A program made the position numbers and the translations under genes. The notes under the pieces are model-generated. The model saw only the letters and a list, made by a program, of their open reading frames with translations. It was not told the origin of the DNA and ran no database searches. A stretch of DNA of 64,000 nucleotides from Oculatellaceae cyanobacterium bins.114 (GTDB lineage: Bacteria > Cyanobacteriota > Cyanobacteriia > Elainellales > Elainellaceae). Positions within the stretch are counted from its first letter, which is position 1, and the number at the start of each line of letters is the position of its first letter. The DNA is taken from assembly GCA_033764315.1 (NCBI GenBank), contig JANRJA010000041.1, positions 1 through 64,000 of the forward strand, written 5' to 3'. Below, in pieces: positions 19,001 to 28,663 of this stretch.

Positions 19001-19819
19001 GATAGTGTGACGGGAGAATGCCTTAAAATTCTCCAGGGGCATGATAGCTGGGTGCGATCGGTCAGGTTCAATGCGGATGGAAAACGGCTGGTCAGCGGCA
19101 GTACCGATCACACAATTCGCTTGTGGGATGTACAAACGGGGGAATGTTTACATCGTTTAGACGGACACGACAGTTGGGTCAGGTGCGTTGCCTTTTCACC
19201 TGTTCAGTCCATCATTGCCAGCAGTGGCGATGACCAAACCATTCGCCTTTGGGATAGCGATTCTGGGATATGCCTTCGGGTTTTGACCGGACATACCAGT
19301 GGCATCTGGTCGGTTGCTTTTAGCCCCGATGGTTCCCTGATTGCTAGTGGTGGAGACGATCGCGTTGTCAAGATCTGGAACGTCCATACAGGAGAGTGTT
19401 TGAAGACGCTGCATGGACATGATAATTGGATTCAGGCGATCGCCTTTAGCCCTGATGGAACCTATATCGCCAGTGGCAGCAATGACCAAACTATTCAGTT
19501 ATGGGACACTGCAACTGGAAAACGGTTGCGCGTTCTCCAAAGCCACCACAATCGAATTTGGGCAGTTGTTTTTAGTCCTCTTAACGAAAGGGGTGATCTT
19601 GATTGCGTGTTGATTAGCGGCAGTGAAGACGAAACCATTCGCATCTGGAATCCGTTGACTGGTAACTGCCTTCAAAGTTTGCGATCGCCCTGTCCCTGTG
19701 AAGGGATGAACATCTTGGGTATTAAAGGATTAACCAATGCTCAAAAGTTTGCACTTAAAGCGTTAGGCGCGATCGAACTGCATATCGATTCACAAGAAAT
19801 ACATTTGCAGCAGCACTAA
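16088..19819 (+). CDS. STAND NTPase: N-terminal HTH-like domain, NB-ARC, 14 WD40 repeats
   Basis: YDQIA..GYS..YL..IGP.LW..LS..LGEKVTK N-domain; Walker A GVGGIGKT; Walker B LLVLDNAE; GNPLAL; 14 WD-type repeats counted. Confidence 0.93.
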   Translation: MTNGAVLNDGMVSDALKDGKAESTFLGFIDALVFARTGSHLGEAQRALLSASWSGDRQNYDQIAAACGYSAHYLRKHIGPHLWQMLSDVLGEKVTKINCRRVIERHMMLLTSSPNAFSYERREDGNVSKLPSPSGRGVGGEGSSPYYDWGEASDVEVFYGRQIELDLLLQWMAAHCRLIGVFGVGGIGKTHLSIKLAQQVTDFDCVIWRSLRNAPPLTELLADLLHAITRSPQPTLPDATEVRLTLLLEQLRSMRCLLVLDNAETLLKGEEYSGQYREGYEDYGQFFKRIGETNHLSTLLLTSREKPKEFGVMEGETSPVRSLPLKGLLPEDAQQIISAKGIQIESATVSSELVYRYGGNPLALKIVTTTIQELFDGDVSQFLQENTAVTSEINNLLDQHFVRLTAIEKTALYGLAVAREPLSLTTLCSDWIAPPPRHHILDALKSLGQRSLIEKHDGLFSLQPVVMEYVSDRLITAIADEIIQNCGSFEHLNQHILLKAEAKDYIREIQNRLILKPLLERLLQHFKVKQTLERQLASILDWQRNNFPLEPGYLAGNILNLLLQLGTDLSGYDCSYLTIWQAYLEGVNLNYVNFAYSDLSRSVLTETFASTLSVAFSPDGHFFATATTDNDICLWQTKDGKKVRVYQGHRGWVHSVAFSPTDAIIASGSEDETIRLWDMQTGQCLKTLKGHQNWVWAVAFSADGRCLASSSNDQTVRLWDVQTGVCLRVLEGHQNWVWSVAFSPDQTLLASGSNDKTIKIWDVETGECVKTLLGHTDWVQSIAFSPATSLLASGSRDQTIKLWDVQTGRCPVTLQGHTNWVQSVTFDGTGTLLASASNDQTVKLWDLATHACLRTFHSPIQDIWSVAFSPDATALILGGSDQTVQMWDVQTGQCLKTLRGHISGILSLDSSSDGRYLVTGGSDRTVRLWDLNLGQCIKTLNGHTSWVRSVAFNPQNQMIASGSSDHTIRLWDSVTGECLKILQGHDSWVRSVRFNADGKRLVSGSTDHTIRLWDVQTGECLHRLDGHDSWVRCVAFSPVQSIIASSGDDQTIRLWDSDSGICLRVLTGHTSGIWSVAFSPDGSLIASGGDDRVVKIWNVHTGECLKTLHGHDNWIQAIAFSPDGTYIASGSNDQTIQLWDTATGKRLRVLQSHHNRIWAVVFSPLNERGDLDCVLISGSEDETIRIWNPLTGNCLQSLRSPCPCEGMNILGIKGLTNAQKFALKALGAIELHIDSQEIHLQQH
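16419..16512. repeat. Cyanobacterial dispersed repeat inserted in frame in the STAND gene
   Basis: ctcccctctccttctgggagaggggttgggggtgaggg (encodes LPSPSGRGVGGEG) with a decayed inverted partner from 16419. Confidence 0.7.
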
Positions 19820-19851
19820 TTCACTCAACAACTAATTCACTCAACAACTAA
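19815..19851. repeat. 16-bp tandem duplication over the stop codon
   Basis: actaattcactcaaca x2 + actaa. Confidence 0.8.
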
Positions 19852-19989
19852 CGATGCGCTTGTTAAGGAAGGTTAACTGAGATCTTGCACCATTCTCAGT
19901 AAGGGTTGCCAAAGGAGCCAAAATTTGAAAGAACGGGCGTAGCTTGAGATAATCGTATCTGATTTTTCATTATTTAAGCAAGTAATAAT

Positions 19990-21564
19990 ATGGAATATAA
20001 AAGCTTGTATACACGATGGTTCAGGGTGATTTTTATCATTGTATTAGTGCTAGGCATATTATTTCGATTCATTAACTTGAACCAAAAACCCTATTGGCAT
20101 GATGAAACCTATACCTCACTACACATGTCTGGGTACAGTTATCAAGAAGCAATTCAAAACCTCTATACAGGTCAAGTAATTGAAGCAGAAAACATACTGA
20201 TCTATCAAAGTCTATCGGATAAGAGAAACGTACTTGACACTATCCATAGATTAGCAACCGACGACTCCCAGCATCCACCTCTGTACTATGTTTTCACCCG
20301 ATTGTGGACAGGTTGGTTTGGCGATTCCATAGCAACTATCCGACTATTACCAGCGTTAATAAGCTTATTGGCATTACCAGGAATGTACTGGTTATGCCTA
20401 GAATTGTTTGCTTCTTCGAGTGTGGGGTGGATGGCAATGACTCTTGTAGCAACCTCTCCTATCTATGTTCGATATGCACAAGAAGCACGGCAGTATAGCT
20501 TGTGGATGGTCATCATCCTGCTAGCAAGTGCTACGTTACTTCGGGCAATACGCTTAAAGACAGCTTGGAACTGGAGTATCTATCTATTAACACTCGTAAT
20601 GGGGCTATATTGTCATGTACTATTTAGTCTTTTGATTTTAGCGCATGGGCTTTATGTAGCTGCAATCGAACGCTTTCGCTTGAGTAAAACGACCATCAGT
20701 TATTTACTTGTATCCCTGGTTGCCATCATTGCATTTACGCCTTGGCTTTTGACAATGTGGCAACATAAAGAGACTGTATTACTATCAACAGAATGGACCA
20801 AACAGCCCTTGCTGTTTTCAGAATTAGTCAAATATTGGAACATAAACATCTGCCGCCTATTCATAGCATGGCATTTTCGTTATGATGCAATGCTGGTTTA
20901 CCTGGCAATTCCAATTTTGCTCCTGATAAGTGTTGCAACTTACACGGTTTGTCGCCATTCATCAAAGAGAGTATGGCTATTTATTTTGATTTTAATCAGT
21001 ACGACAACACTTCCTCTACTGTTACCAGATTTAATTTGGGGAGGAAGACGATCGACGAATGCAAGGTATTTCTTGCCATCCTACATAGGCATTGATTTAA
21101 TAGTTGCTTATTTTCTTTCCCACCCATTTACTCGAAAATTCACAAATGCAGCCTTTAGCAAGAGATGGCATATTACGGCAATAACGCTCATCACAAGTAG
21201 TGTTTTGACCTGTGCGATCGCTGTTCAGTCAAATACATGGTGGGGATGGTCTGAGTTTGATATAGAAATTTCCCGAATTATTAATGATTCTTCAAAGCCA
21301 CTTATTATTAGTGATCTGCCTTTGGGCTTAATCATGCCGCTTAGTCATCAGCTACATCCAGACACTAAAGTTGTACTTGTGAGTAAACCAGAACTCCTTG
21401 TCATTCCTGAAACAGCTGACCGTCTATTTAACTCTGTGTTTGTATACAATCCAAGCGATCGCCTCAAGGTAGTAATTGAGCAGCAGGGCTTTCAACAGGA
21501 GGTAGTTTATCAGTTTAAAGATGGCTCTCTAACACTGTCTCTTTATCAACTTCAAATGTTGTAA
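19990..21564 (+). CDS. Membrane glycosyltransferase family 39 (PMT/ArnT-like)
   Basis: YWHDETYT, QHPPLYY, YAQEARQYSL, multiple TM segments. Confidence 0.9.
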   Translation: MEYKSLYTRWFRVIFIIVLVLGILFRFINLNQKPYWHDETYTSLHMSGYSYQEAIQNLYTGQVIEAENILIYQSLSDKRNVLDTIHRLATDDSQHPPLYYVFTRLWTGWFGDSIATIRLLPALISLLALPGMYWLCLELFASSSVGWMAMTLVATSPIYVRYAQEARQYSLWMVIILLASATLLRAIRLKTAWNWSIYLLTLVMGLYCHVLFSLLILAHGLYVAAIERFRLSKTTISYLLVSLVAIIAFTPWLLTMWQHKETVLLSTEWTKQPLLFSELVKYWNINICRLFIAWHFRYDAMLVYLAIPILLLISVATYTVCRHSSKRVWLFILILISTTTLPLLLPDLIWGGRRSTNARYFLPSYIGIDLIVAYFLSHPFTRKFTNAAFSKRWHITAITLITSSVLTCAIAVQSNTWWGWSEFDIEISRIINDSSKPLIISDLPLGLIMPLSHQLHPDTKVVLVSKPELLVIPETADRLFNSVFVYNPSDRLKVVIEQQGFQQEVVYQFKDGSLTLSLYQLQML

Positions 21565-22153
21565 TGACGCAACGGTGGACACACTCTGTTGTAAGCGAAC
21601 AATCATCAGTCTTGAGCCAGATAGCAATCGCTCGTGAGGTCAAATTTTCTTGGAGGTTGAATGTTGAGGGGTGTTGAGGTGGAGTGCGACCCCTTGTAGG
21701 TATCTGCGAAGCATCACACAGTCGAGCCTTTGAGGGGCGATCGGGTGTTTGGCTGCGATCGCGGTCTAACAGGTTTATAAAGCGGATGACTGAGAGATCT
21801 TGGTGGTGTTGCCACAGTTATCTGCCGCCGCTTATCTTGGTCGTCAGACAGTTTTTGCAGCAGGGTTACTGAGGGGTTGAGAGGCTGAAGACTCTGGTGT
21901 TTCAAGGTTGTCGGTGAGGTGCACGCGGCTTCGCCGTTAACCGCAAGGGTCGCCCCCAAAACCGAAAGGTTGAGTGCATCAAAATTGGCACCCAAGTGAC
22001 AAGTTTCAGAGTGTTATTAACACAAGTGAAAGTGTAGTTCAACAACGGTAACTGTAGAACGTTCAGAGTTTCAAAAGGTGTCTGGGAGCGATCGCCGAGC
22101 GTTATTGCTTTCCAAACTGTGCTTGAAGGGTAACTGTGAGTGTGCGATCGCTC

Positions 22154-24421
22154 CTATGCCAGTTCTAAAACCTCAGCGTCGAGAGCCGCTGTATCTTGAG
22201 TATTGTGGCTTCCTGCGTTATCCGATCGCAGCCCAACAGGACAGACCTGCACCGCACAGGCTTTGAGTTCCGGTTCCAGAGAGTCAGGGCAGGCTTCCGA
22301 ATGGGTAAGGTTATTAATTTCTGCTCCCTCCGCCCATAAGCTGCCCCAGTGCATCGGCGCAAACACTGTTCCAGGGGCGATCGCCTGGGTTACCTTAGCC
22401 GGAAATCGAGCGACTCCCCGGCGCGATCGCACTTCCACCAGATCTCCTTCGACAATGCCCTGTTTCGCTGCATCACGGGGATGAATTTCGAGAAAAGGGG
22501 TGGGGTGCATCTGGCGCAATTTCTCAATGCGTCCGGTGCGGCTCTGGGTGTGCCAGTGCCCATACAACCGACCGTTAGTAAACACAAAGGGATAGTCGGT
22601 GTCAGACGGCTCTGCTAAGCCACGAGAATGATAGGCACCAAACCGAGCACGCCCATCGAGAGTATGAAAGCGGCGATCGCTATACAACTGCTTAGAAGAA
22701 AGAAGATCGAAAGTTGAAGATTGAATTGTTTGGCTGTCCTCTTCTATTTTTTCTTCTTTTTTCTCTATTTTTTCTTCTTTTTTCTTCGGGTTGCTCCATT
22801 GCAACGGTCCTTCTGTGCTCAGTCGCTGATGGCTAAACTGGCTGTGGTCACAGGGGCGATCGCGAGTCAGCTGCACAAATTCGGCATACACGTCTGCCGA
22901 GTTTTGAAAGGCAAATTGTGTCTCAAAGCCTAAGCGTCGTCCCACGTCAGCAAAGATCTCCCAGTCGGGTCGAGCTTCACCAGGAGGAGTGCGAAAGGCA
23001 GGGCAATAAGTCACTACTCGCTCAGAGTTAGTCATGCAGCCTGCTTTTTCGCTCCATTGGGCAGCCGGTAAAAGAATGTGAGCGTAGGCAGTCGTTTCGG
23101 TGGGATGGTAGGCATCTTGATAGACGGTCAGGGGCGATCGCCGCAAAGCAGCCTTGGTGCGCTCTAAGTCAGGCAGGCTAACCACAGGATTGGTGGCGGC
23201 AATCCAGACAAACTCGACGTCGCCTGTTTCTAATCCAGTGATAATGTCCCAAGTACTACGACCCCGATGAGGCGAGATGCGTCCCGGCGGCAGCTTCCAA
23301 AACTGTTCTACTGCGGTGCGATGGTCAGGATTCGTCACAGAGCGATATCCCGGCAGCAGGTGAGATAGACCCCCTGCTTCGCGTCCACCCATCGCATTGG
23401 GTTGCCCTGTGAGCGAAAAGGGGCCACTCCCCGGTTTGCCGATCATGCCCGTCATTAAGTGCAGATTGATGATAGTGCGAACTTTGGCAGTGCCCTCGGT
23501 AGATTGGTTCACCCCCATCGACCAAAGAGATAAGACGCGATCGCTCTCTGCCCAATAGCGAGCAGCTGTTTCCAGGTCTTCCACTGTAATGCCACACCGC
23601 CATGCCACCACCTCAGGAGGATAATGCTGCACTACATCAGCATATTCTGCGAATCCGGTGGTGTGATCTGCGATAAAAGTTTGATCCAGCTTGCCCCACT
23701 GCACCAACAAATGAGCAATACCATTGAGCAAATCAATATCTGTGCCGGGGCGAATCGCCAGATGTAAATCTGCTACTTCAGCCGTTTGGGTGCGACGTGG
23801 ATCAACCACCACCAGCTTAACCTGAGCAGTTTGCTTGTGGTGCTTGCGGAGGCGATTAAACACAATGGGATGGCACTCGGCTGTATTTGTGCCAATCAAA
23901 AACGCGCAATCCGTCTGCTCTAAATCGTCATAACAACACGGTGGCCCATCTGCCCCAAAACTTTGCAAATATCCGGCAACAGCAGACGACATGCACAGCC
24001 GCGAATTGGCATCAAAGTTATTGGTGCCTAAACAGCCCTTCATCAACTTTTGGGCAACGTAATAATCTTCGGTTTGAAACTGCCCAGAGCCATACATACA
24101 AAGGGCATCCGCTCCACTAGTGGAGCATACTTTTTGAACGTGGCACACAATGCGATCAAGTGCCTGATCCCAACTGACCCGCTGAAACGGTTGATCGAGG
24201 GACTCGCGCATCATCGGATAAAGCAATCGATCTTTGTCTAATGGCTCAACAGCCGTTGCCCCCTTGACACACACCATACCCTGACTCGATGGATGAGTGC
24301 GATCGCCCCTGACCTTCCAGCTAGGGGCTTGATCGGGTTGACCAGGATTTTTGACAGAAACCACTTCTAATCCACAGCCAACCCCACAATAAGGGCAGAG
24401 AGTTTTAATGCAGTCAGACAC
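22154..24421 (-). CDS. narB: Ferredoxin-dependent assimilatory nitrate reductase
   Basis: [11 protein letters not shown] 4Fe-4S motif, [38 protein letters not shown]. Confidence 0.97.
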   Translation of the reverse strand: MSDCIKTLCPYCGVGCGLEVVSVKNPGQPDQAPSWKVRGDRTHPSSQGMVCVKGATAVEPLDKDRLLYPMMRESLDQPFQRVSWDQALDRIVCHVQKVCSTSGADALCMYGSGQFQTEDYYVAQKLMKGCLGTNNFDANSRLCMSSAVAGYLQSFGADGPPCCYDDLEQTDCAFLIGTNTAECHPIVFNRLRKHHKQTAQVKLVVVDPRRTQTAEVADLHLAIRPGTDIDLLNGIAHLLVQWGKLDQTFIADHTTGFAEYADVVQHYPPEVVAWRCGITVEDLETAARYWAESDRVLSLWSMGVNQSTEGTAKVRTIINLHLMTGMIGKPGSGPFSLTGQPNAMGGREAGGLSHLLPGYRSVTNPDHRTAVEQFWKLPPGRISPHRGRSTWDIITGLETGDVEFVWIAATNPVVSLPDLERTKAALRRSPLTVYQDAYHPTETTAYAHILLPAAQWSEKAGCMTNSERVVTYCPAFRTPPGEARPDWEIFADVGRRLGFETQFAFQNSADVYAEFVQLTRDRPCDHSQFSHQRLSTEGPLQWSNPKKKEEKIEKKEEKIEEDSQTIQSSTFDLLSSKQLYSDRRFHTLDGRARFGAYHSRGLAEPSDTDYPFVFTNGRLYGHWHTQSRTGRIEKLRQMHPTPFLEIHPRDAAKQGIVEGDLVEVRSRRGVARFPAKVTQAIAPGTVFAPMHWGSLWAEGAEINNLTHSEACPDSLEPELKACAVQVCPVGLRSDNAGSHNTQDTAALDAEVLELA

Positions 24422-24423
24422 AA

Positions 24424-24622
24424 TGGGAAGGATGAAGGATGAAGGATAAAAAAGAAAAAAAGAAGAAAGAAAAAGAAAAAAAGAGAAAGAAAAAAAGAGT
24501 TAAGTAGGTTGGGTCAAAAACATGGAGCCTAACATTTATCAGACAAGTTGAGTTTTGTTAATACTCCACCTAACCTATGGGATTCAGTTTATTTCTTCTT
24601 TTTTCTCTCTTCTTTCTTTTCT
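24424..24622. repeat. Purine/pyrimidine heptamer repeat arms between nrtD and narB
   Basis: GAAGGAT x3 then GAAAAAA-type runs (24424-24500); complementary TTTC-rich run near 24590-24622. Confidence 0.7.
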
Positions 24623-25461
24623 TACTCGTCATCGTGGGCAAAGCGACGATAGAGAAAGTCGAGGGCATAGTTCCGCAGTTCATAGAATTTGGGGTCTTCC
24701 ATGATACGGACGCGATCGCGCGGGCGAGCAAAAGGAATGTCGAGGACTTCGCCAATGTGGGCAGCGGGCCCGTTGGTCATCATCACCAAGCGATCGGCAA
24801 GGAACAATGCCTCGTCGATGTCATGGGTGATCATCAAAACAGTGGTTTTGTGATCTGTCCAGATTTTTAGCAATTCTTCCTGGAGTTCTTCACGGGTGAT
24901 AGCATCTAACGCACCAAAGGGTTCGTCTAGGATCAGCATCTTAGGACGAATGGCAAGGGCACGGGCGATCGCCACCCGTTGTTTCATGCCCCCCGAAAGC
25001 TGATTGGGGCGTTTGTTTGCTGCTTCGGTCAAGCCCACCATCGCGAGATGGTCGTTGGCGATCGCAATTTTCTCAGCTTTTGATTTGTCTTTGCATGCGG
25101 CGTTAACTGCCAGGAAGACGTTCTCAAAGGCGGTTTTCCAGGGCAACAGAGAATAATTTTGAAACACTACCATGCGATCGGGCCCTGGCTCGGTGATGGG
25201 TTCTGATTCTAGCAACACCTCGCCGCCTGTAGGTTTGAGAAATCCTGACACCATGTTGAGTAGAGTGGATTTGCCACAGCCCGAGTGACCAATTAAACAG
25301 ACAAATTCACCCGTTTGAATGGTGAGGTTGACTCCCTCCAGCACCGGATAGTCTCCATTGGCGGTGGGATAGACTTTCGAGACATCTTTGATTTCCAACA
25401 AGGGAGTTGATGGCGGCTCAGATGAAGTCAGTTTCGCTTGAGTTTGGTTCAGTGTCTGCAT
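24622..25461 (-). CDS. nrtD: Nitrate/nitrite ABC ATPase
   Basis: GHSGCGKST, LSGGMKQR, LDEPFGALD; start taken at ATG 25461 (MQTLNQ). Confidence 0.93.
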   Translation of the reverse strand: MQTLNQTQAKLTSSEPPSTPLLEIKDVSKVYPTANGDYPVLEGVNLTIQTGEFVCLIGHSGCGKSTLLNMVSGFLKPTGGEVLLESEPITEPGPDRMVVFQNYSLLPWKTAFENVFLAVNAACKDKSKAEKIAIANDHLAMVGLTEAANKRPNQLSGGMKQRVAIARALAIRPKMLILDEPFGALDAITREELQEELLKIWTDHKTTVLMITHDIDEALFLADRLVMMTNGPAAHIGEVLDIPFARPRDRVRIMEDPKFYELRNYALDFLYRRFAHDDE

Positions 25462-25596
25462 AACAGTTGAGCGTGGGGTAAGAGGTAGTGAGTGGGGAGA
25501 TAGGGAGCGTAGAGGTGAGAGGGTAGATCTCCGGCTGCTGTTGAAATAGCTCATGTTTTTGGGAAGACCTGTTAGCAGTCGGAGATCTGAGAGAGG

Positions 25597-27600
25597 TTAA
25601 GCGGCACCGACCACAGAATCGATGACGATTTCTTCGATTTGCACCTCGCGTTTGATCGACAAATTGTTGAGGTATTGAATCGGTTCATCGGGGTTAAACA
25701 CGGTGCCATCAAACAGTTGAATAGGAGTGCGATCGCGTCCAGTATCGGGCAATCCCAGTCCGCGTGCTGCCTCACCGAATACATCTACACGACGGATACG
25801 CTCGACAATCTCTACCCAGTTGCGGGGAAAGGGCACCAATCCCCAGCGTGCCATCTGGGTCATCACCCACAGCATCTCGATGCCATTGGGAGCATTTGCC
25901 TGATTGACATAAAACTGGTTGTAGGTCAGTAATTGCTTAGGTTCTGCCTCGGTGCCGTAGTGGTAGGGATCAATCAATCCCCAGCGGGTATAGGCAGGGT
26001 TAGAACCGACATATTGAGGCTGACACAAGAGAGACAACACTTCTTCTCGGTTGCGGCGATCGTCGCAGTAGGCGCAAGCTTCGAGTAGGGCTTTGACCAG
26101 AGCAACGTGAGTTTGGGGATATTGATTTGCCCAGTCTTCGCGCACACCCAACAGTTTTTCGCAGTGCCCCGACCAGATGTCGAGACTGGTGGCCATCACG
26201 TAACCAATTCCTTCATGCACCGCATGAGCATTCCAAGGATCACCCGCACAATAACCGTCGATATTTCCGGCTTTGAGGTTTGACACCATCTGTGCCGGGG
26301 GAATCACGGTCAAACTGACATCTTGATCAGGATCAATGCCCCCTGACGCTAACCAGTAACGCAGCAACAGATTGTGCATTGAGGTTTTGTGCACCACACC
26401 CAGTGTATGCACTTTATCAGGGGTTTGATCGACGATCGCCTTGAAGTCTGACAGCGATCGCACGCCTTGTTCATACAGGTGCTTGTTAAAAGTGATAGCG
26501 TTGCCGTTACGCGACAAAGTCAGTGCAGTCACAATCGGCAAGGGAGCCATGCCATCCATTCCCAGGGTCAGTGCCACTGGCATGCCAGTCACCATTTGGG
26601 CGGCATCCAATCGACCAGAGACAATCCCTTGAGCGATCGCCTTCCAACCCGGTTCGCGGCTGAGGGTGACGTCTTCTAATCCATGTTTTTGGAAGAAGCC
26701 CTTTTCTTTGGCAATCACCAACGGCGCACAATCGGTCAGGGGGATAAAGCCAATCTCTAAGTTGACCTTTTCTAATCCATGACGGGCGATCGCCACTGTC
26801 TGCTTGGCTTTGCGCTGTTTGGCTCGTTTTTGTTGGTTCAAGAAGTAGAGAATTTCCCCTCGCAGAGCATAGTAGTTGGGATGGTTCACCACCTCTAAGC
26901 GATGGCGCGGACGCTCAAAGGGAATGTCTAGAATCTGCCCAATGTGGGCTTCGGGGCCATTGGTCATCATGACGACGCGATCGGATAACAGCAACGCTTC
27001 ATCGACATCGTGTGTCACCATGATGCAAGTCACCTGGCTCTCTTCGCAAATTGCCATCAGTTTTTCTTGCAGATTGCCGCGGGTCAATGCATCCAGCGCA
27101 CCAAACGGTTCGTCTAACAACAGCACTTTAGGGCGAGTTGCCAAGGCACGGGCGATCGCCACCCGTTGTTTCATTCCTCCTGAGAGTTGCCCCGGCAATT
27201 TATCAGAGGCCGGACGCAACCCCACTAGGTTAATGTGATGCTCAATCACCTCCTGGCGATCGGCCTTCGTCGCGTTTGCCATCACCCGATTGACTGCTAA
27301 GGCGATGTTTTGCCGCACCGTCAACCACGGCAACAACGAATAGTTTTGAAACACCACCATGCGATCGGGACCCGGTTGAGTCACTTGACGCCCTTCTAAC
27401 ACAACCCCCCCTTGAGACGGTTTATCAAGCCCTGCCACAATATTGAGCAGCGTTGATTTGCCACATCCAGAGTGTCCGATGAGAGAGACAAACTCTCCCT
27501 TTTGAATTTTTAGATTGATGTTTTTGAGTGCGATGTAACTGCCGCCACTGGGGAGTGGAAACGTGCGATCGACGTGATCTACTTCAACAAAAACAGCCAT
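25597..27600 (-). CDS. nrtC: Nitrate/nitrite ABC ATPase with C-terminal NrtA-like regulatory domain
   Basis: ABC motifs followed by LEKVNLEIGFIPLTDCAPL. Confidence 0.96.
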   Translation of the reverse strand: MAVFVEVDHVDRTFPLPSGGSYIALKNINLKIQKGEFVSLIGHSGCGKSTLLNIVAGLDKPSQGGVVLEGRQVTQPGPDRMVVFQNYSLLPWLTVRQNIALAVNRVMANATKADRQEVIEHHINLVGLRPASDKLPGQLSGGMKQRVAIARALATRPKVLLLDEPFGALDALTRGNLQEKLMAICEESQVTCIMVTHDVDEALLLSDRVVMMTNGPEAHIGQILDIPFERPRHRLEVVNHPNYYALRGEILYFLNQQKRAKQRKAKQTVAIARHGLEKVNLEIGFIPLTDCAPLVIAKEKGFFQKHGLEDVTLSREPGWKAIAQGIVSGRLDAAQMVTGMPVALTLGMDGMAPLPIVTALTLSRNGNAITFNKHLYEQGVRSLSDFKAIVDQTPDKVHTLGVVHKTSMHNLLLRYWLASGGIDPDQDVSLTVIPPAQMVSNLKAGNIDGYCAGDPWNAHAVHEGIGYVMATSLDIWSGHCEKLLGVREDWANQYPQTHVALVKALLEACAYCDDRRNREEVLSLLCQPQYVGSNPAYTRWGLIDPYHYGTEAEPKQLLTYNQFYVNQANAPNGIEMLWVMTQMARWGLVPFPRNWVEIVERIRRVDVFGEAARGLGLPDTGRDRTPIQLFDGTVFNPDEPIQYLNNLSIKREVQIEEIVIDSVVGAA

Positions 27601-27708
27601 AAGAAAAAAAGAAGAATGAAGAGTGAAGAGTGAAAGGAAGAAATATAGAAGAGTGAAAAAAGAAAAACCGAAATTATATTCTTTTTCTTTTTTCTTTTTT
27701 CTTTTTTT
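27601..27708. repeat. Purine/pyrimidine heptamer repeat arms between nrtB and nrtC
   Basis: TGAAGAG/GAAAAAA-type units followed by a complementary TTTTTTC run. Confidence 0.7.
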
Positions 27709-28545
27709 CTATTTCTGCTCTTGTGGCACCATCAACGTTGCCACCCAACCCACGAGGCGATCGAGCAAGAGTCCCACGATGCCGATGTAAAGTAGGGCAA
27801 TAATAATGTCGCTGATGCGAGAGTTGTTCCAGGCATCCCAGATAAAGAACCCGATACCCACACCCCCAATCAACATCTCAGCTGCCACGATCGCCAACCA
27901 TGACAGACCGATACCAATGCGTAACCCGGTGAAAATATAGGGCACTGTAGCGGGAATCAGAATAGTGAGGAAATATTCAGGTTTGGATAACCGCAGCACT
28001 TTGGCAACGTTGTTGTAATCTTGGGGAATCTGGCGCACCCCTTCAGCAGTGTTGATAATGATGGGCCACACAGCTGTTACAAAGATGACGAAAATGGCAG
28101 AGGGTTGCGCTTGTTGAAATGCCGCTAACGAAATCGGCAACCATGCTAATGGAGGAACAGTTCGTAAGACTTGAAAAATAGGGTCTAAGGCTTCGTGCAT
28201 AAAGCGACTGGTGCCTGTCAAAATGCCCAGGCTAATACCTGCAATAGTCGCCAATGTGAAACCGATGGCAACTCGCCCTAAGCTTGCCCAAATCTGCCGA
28301 AATAAACCTTTGTCAGTACCACCATTGTCATACAACGGATTAATGATCAGTTCCCAGGTGTCTTCAAGGGTTTGCGAGGGACTAGGGAGGCTGACAATTC
28401 CAGCGGCAGTTAAGGCTTCCCAAATTACCAAAAAGATGGCGATCGCCACAATCGGAGGAATGAGTCTTCTCACCCCTTTACCAATCCAGGGTATTACGGT
28501 TTGAGGGTTGAAGCGGCGATCGCTCCGGCTTAATTGTGCAGTCAT
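27709..28545 (-). CDS. nrtB: Nitrate/nitrite ABC permease
   Basis: LRTVPPLAWLP, GLRIGIGLSWLAIVAAEM; operon context. Confidence 0.96.
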   Translation of the reverse strand: MTAQLSRSDRRFNPQTVIPWIGKGVRRLIPPIVAIAIFLVIWEALTAAGIVSLPSPSQTLEDTWELIINPLYDNGGTDKGLFRQIWASLGRVAIGFTLATIAGISLGILTGTSRFMHEALDPIFQVLRTVPPLAWLPISLAAFQQAQPSAIFVIFVTAVWPIIINTAEGVRQIPQDYNNVAKVLRLSKPEYFLTILIPATVPYIFTGLRIGIGLSWLAIVAAEMLIGGVGIGFFIWDAWNNSRISDIIIALLYIGIVGLLLDRLVGWVATLMVPQEQK

Positions 28546-28604
28546 GGTGCAAACTCCTGTCTCAAAGGCTCGGTTAGAGTGGCGTGGTTAGAACTGTGTT
28601 TAGA

Positions 28605-28641
28605 TTTCCTCGTTCCCAGCTTGAACCTAAGAACGAGGAAA
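28605..28641. terminator. Intercistronic hairpin downstream of nrtA
   Basis: tttcctcgttc / gaacgaggaaa 11-bp stem. Confidence 0.55.
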
Positions 28642-28663
28642 AGGGAATCTCAGAGAATCGGAA

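Noticed and set aside
21714-21995. 93-aa ORF downstream of narB
   Set aside because: TTG start, low complexity, no motif; cannot be supported, though a small protein is not excluded.
25462-25554. N-terminal extension of NrtD
   Set aside because: Low-complexity S/P/L peptide from heptamer-like repeats; the downstream ATG is more plausible.
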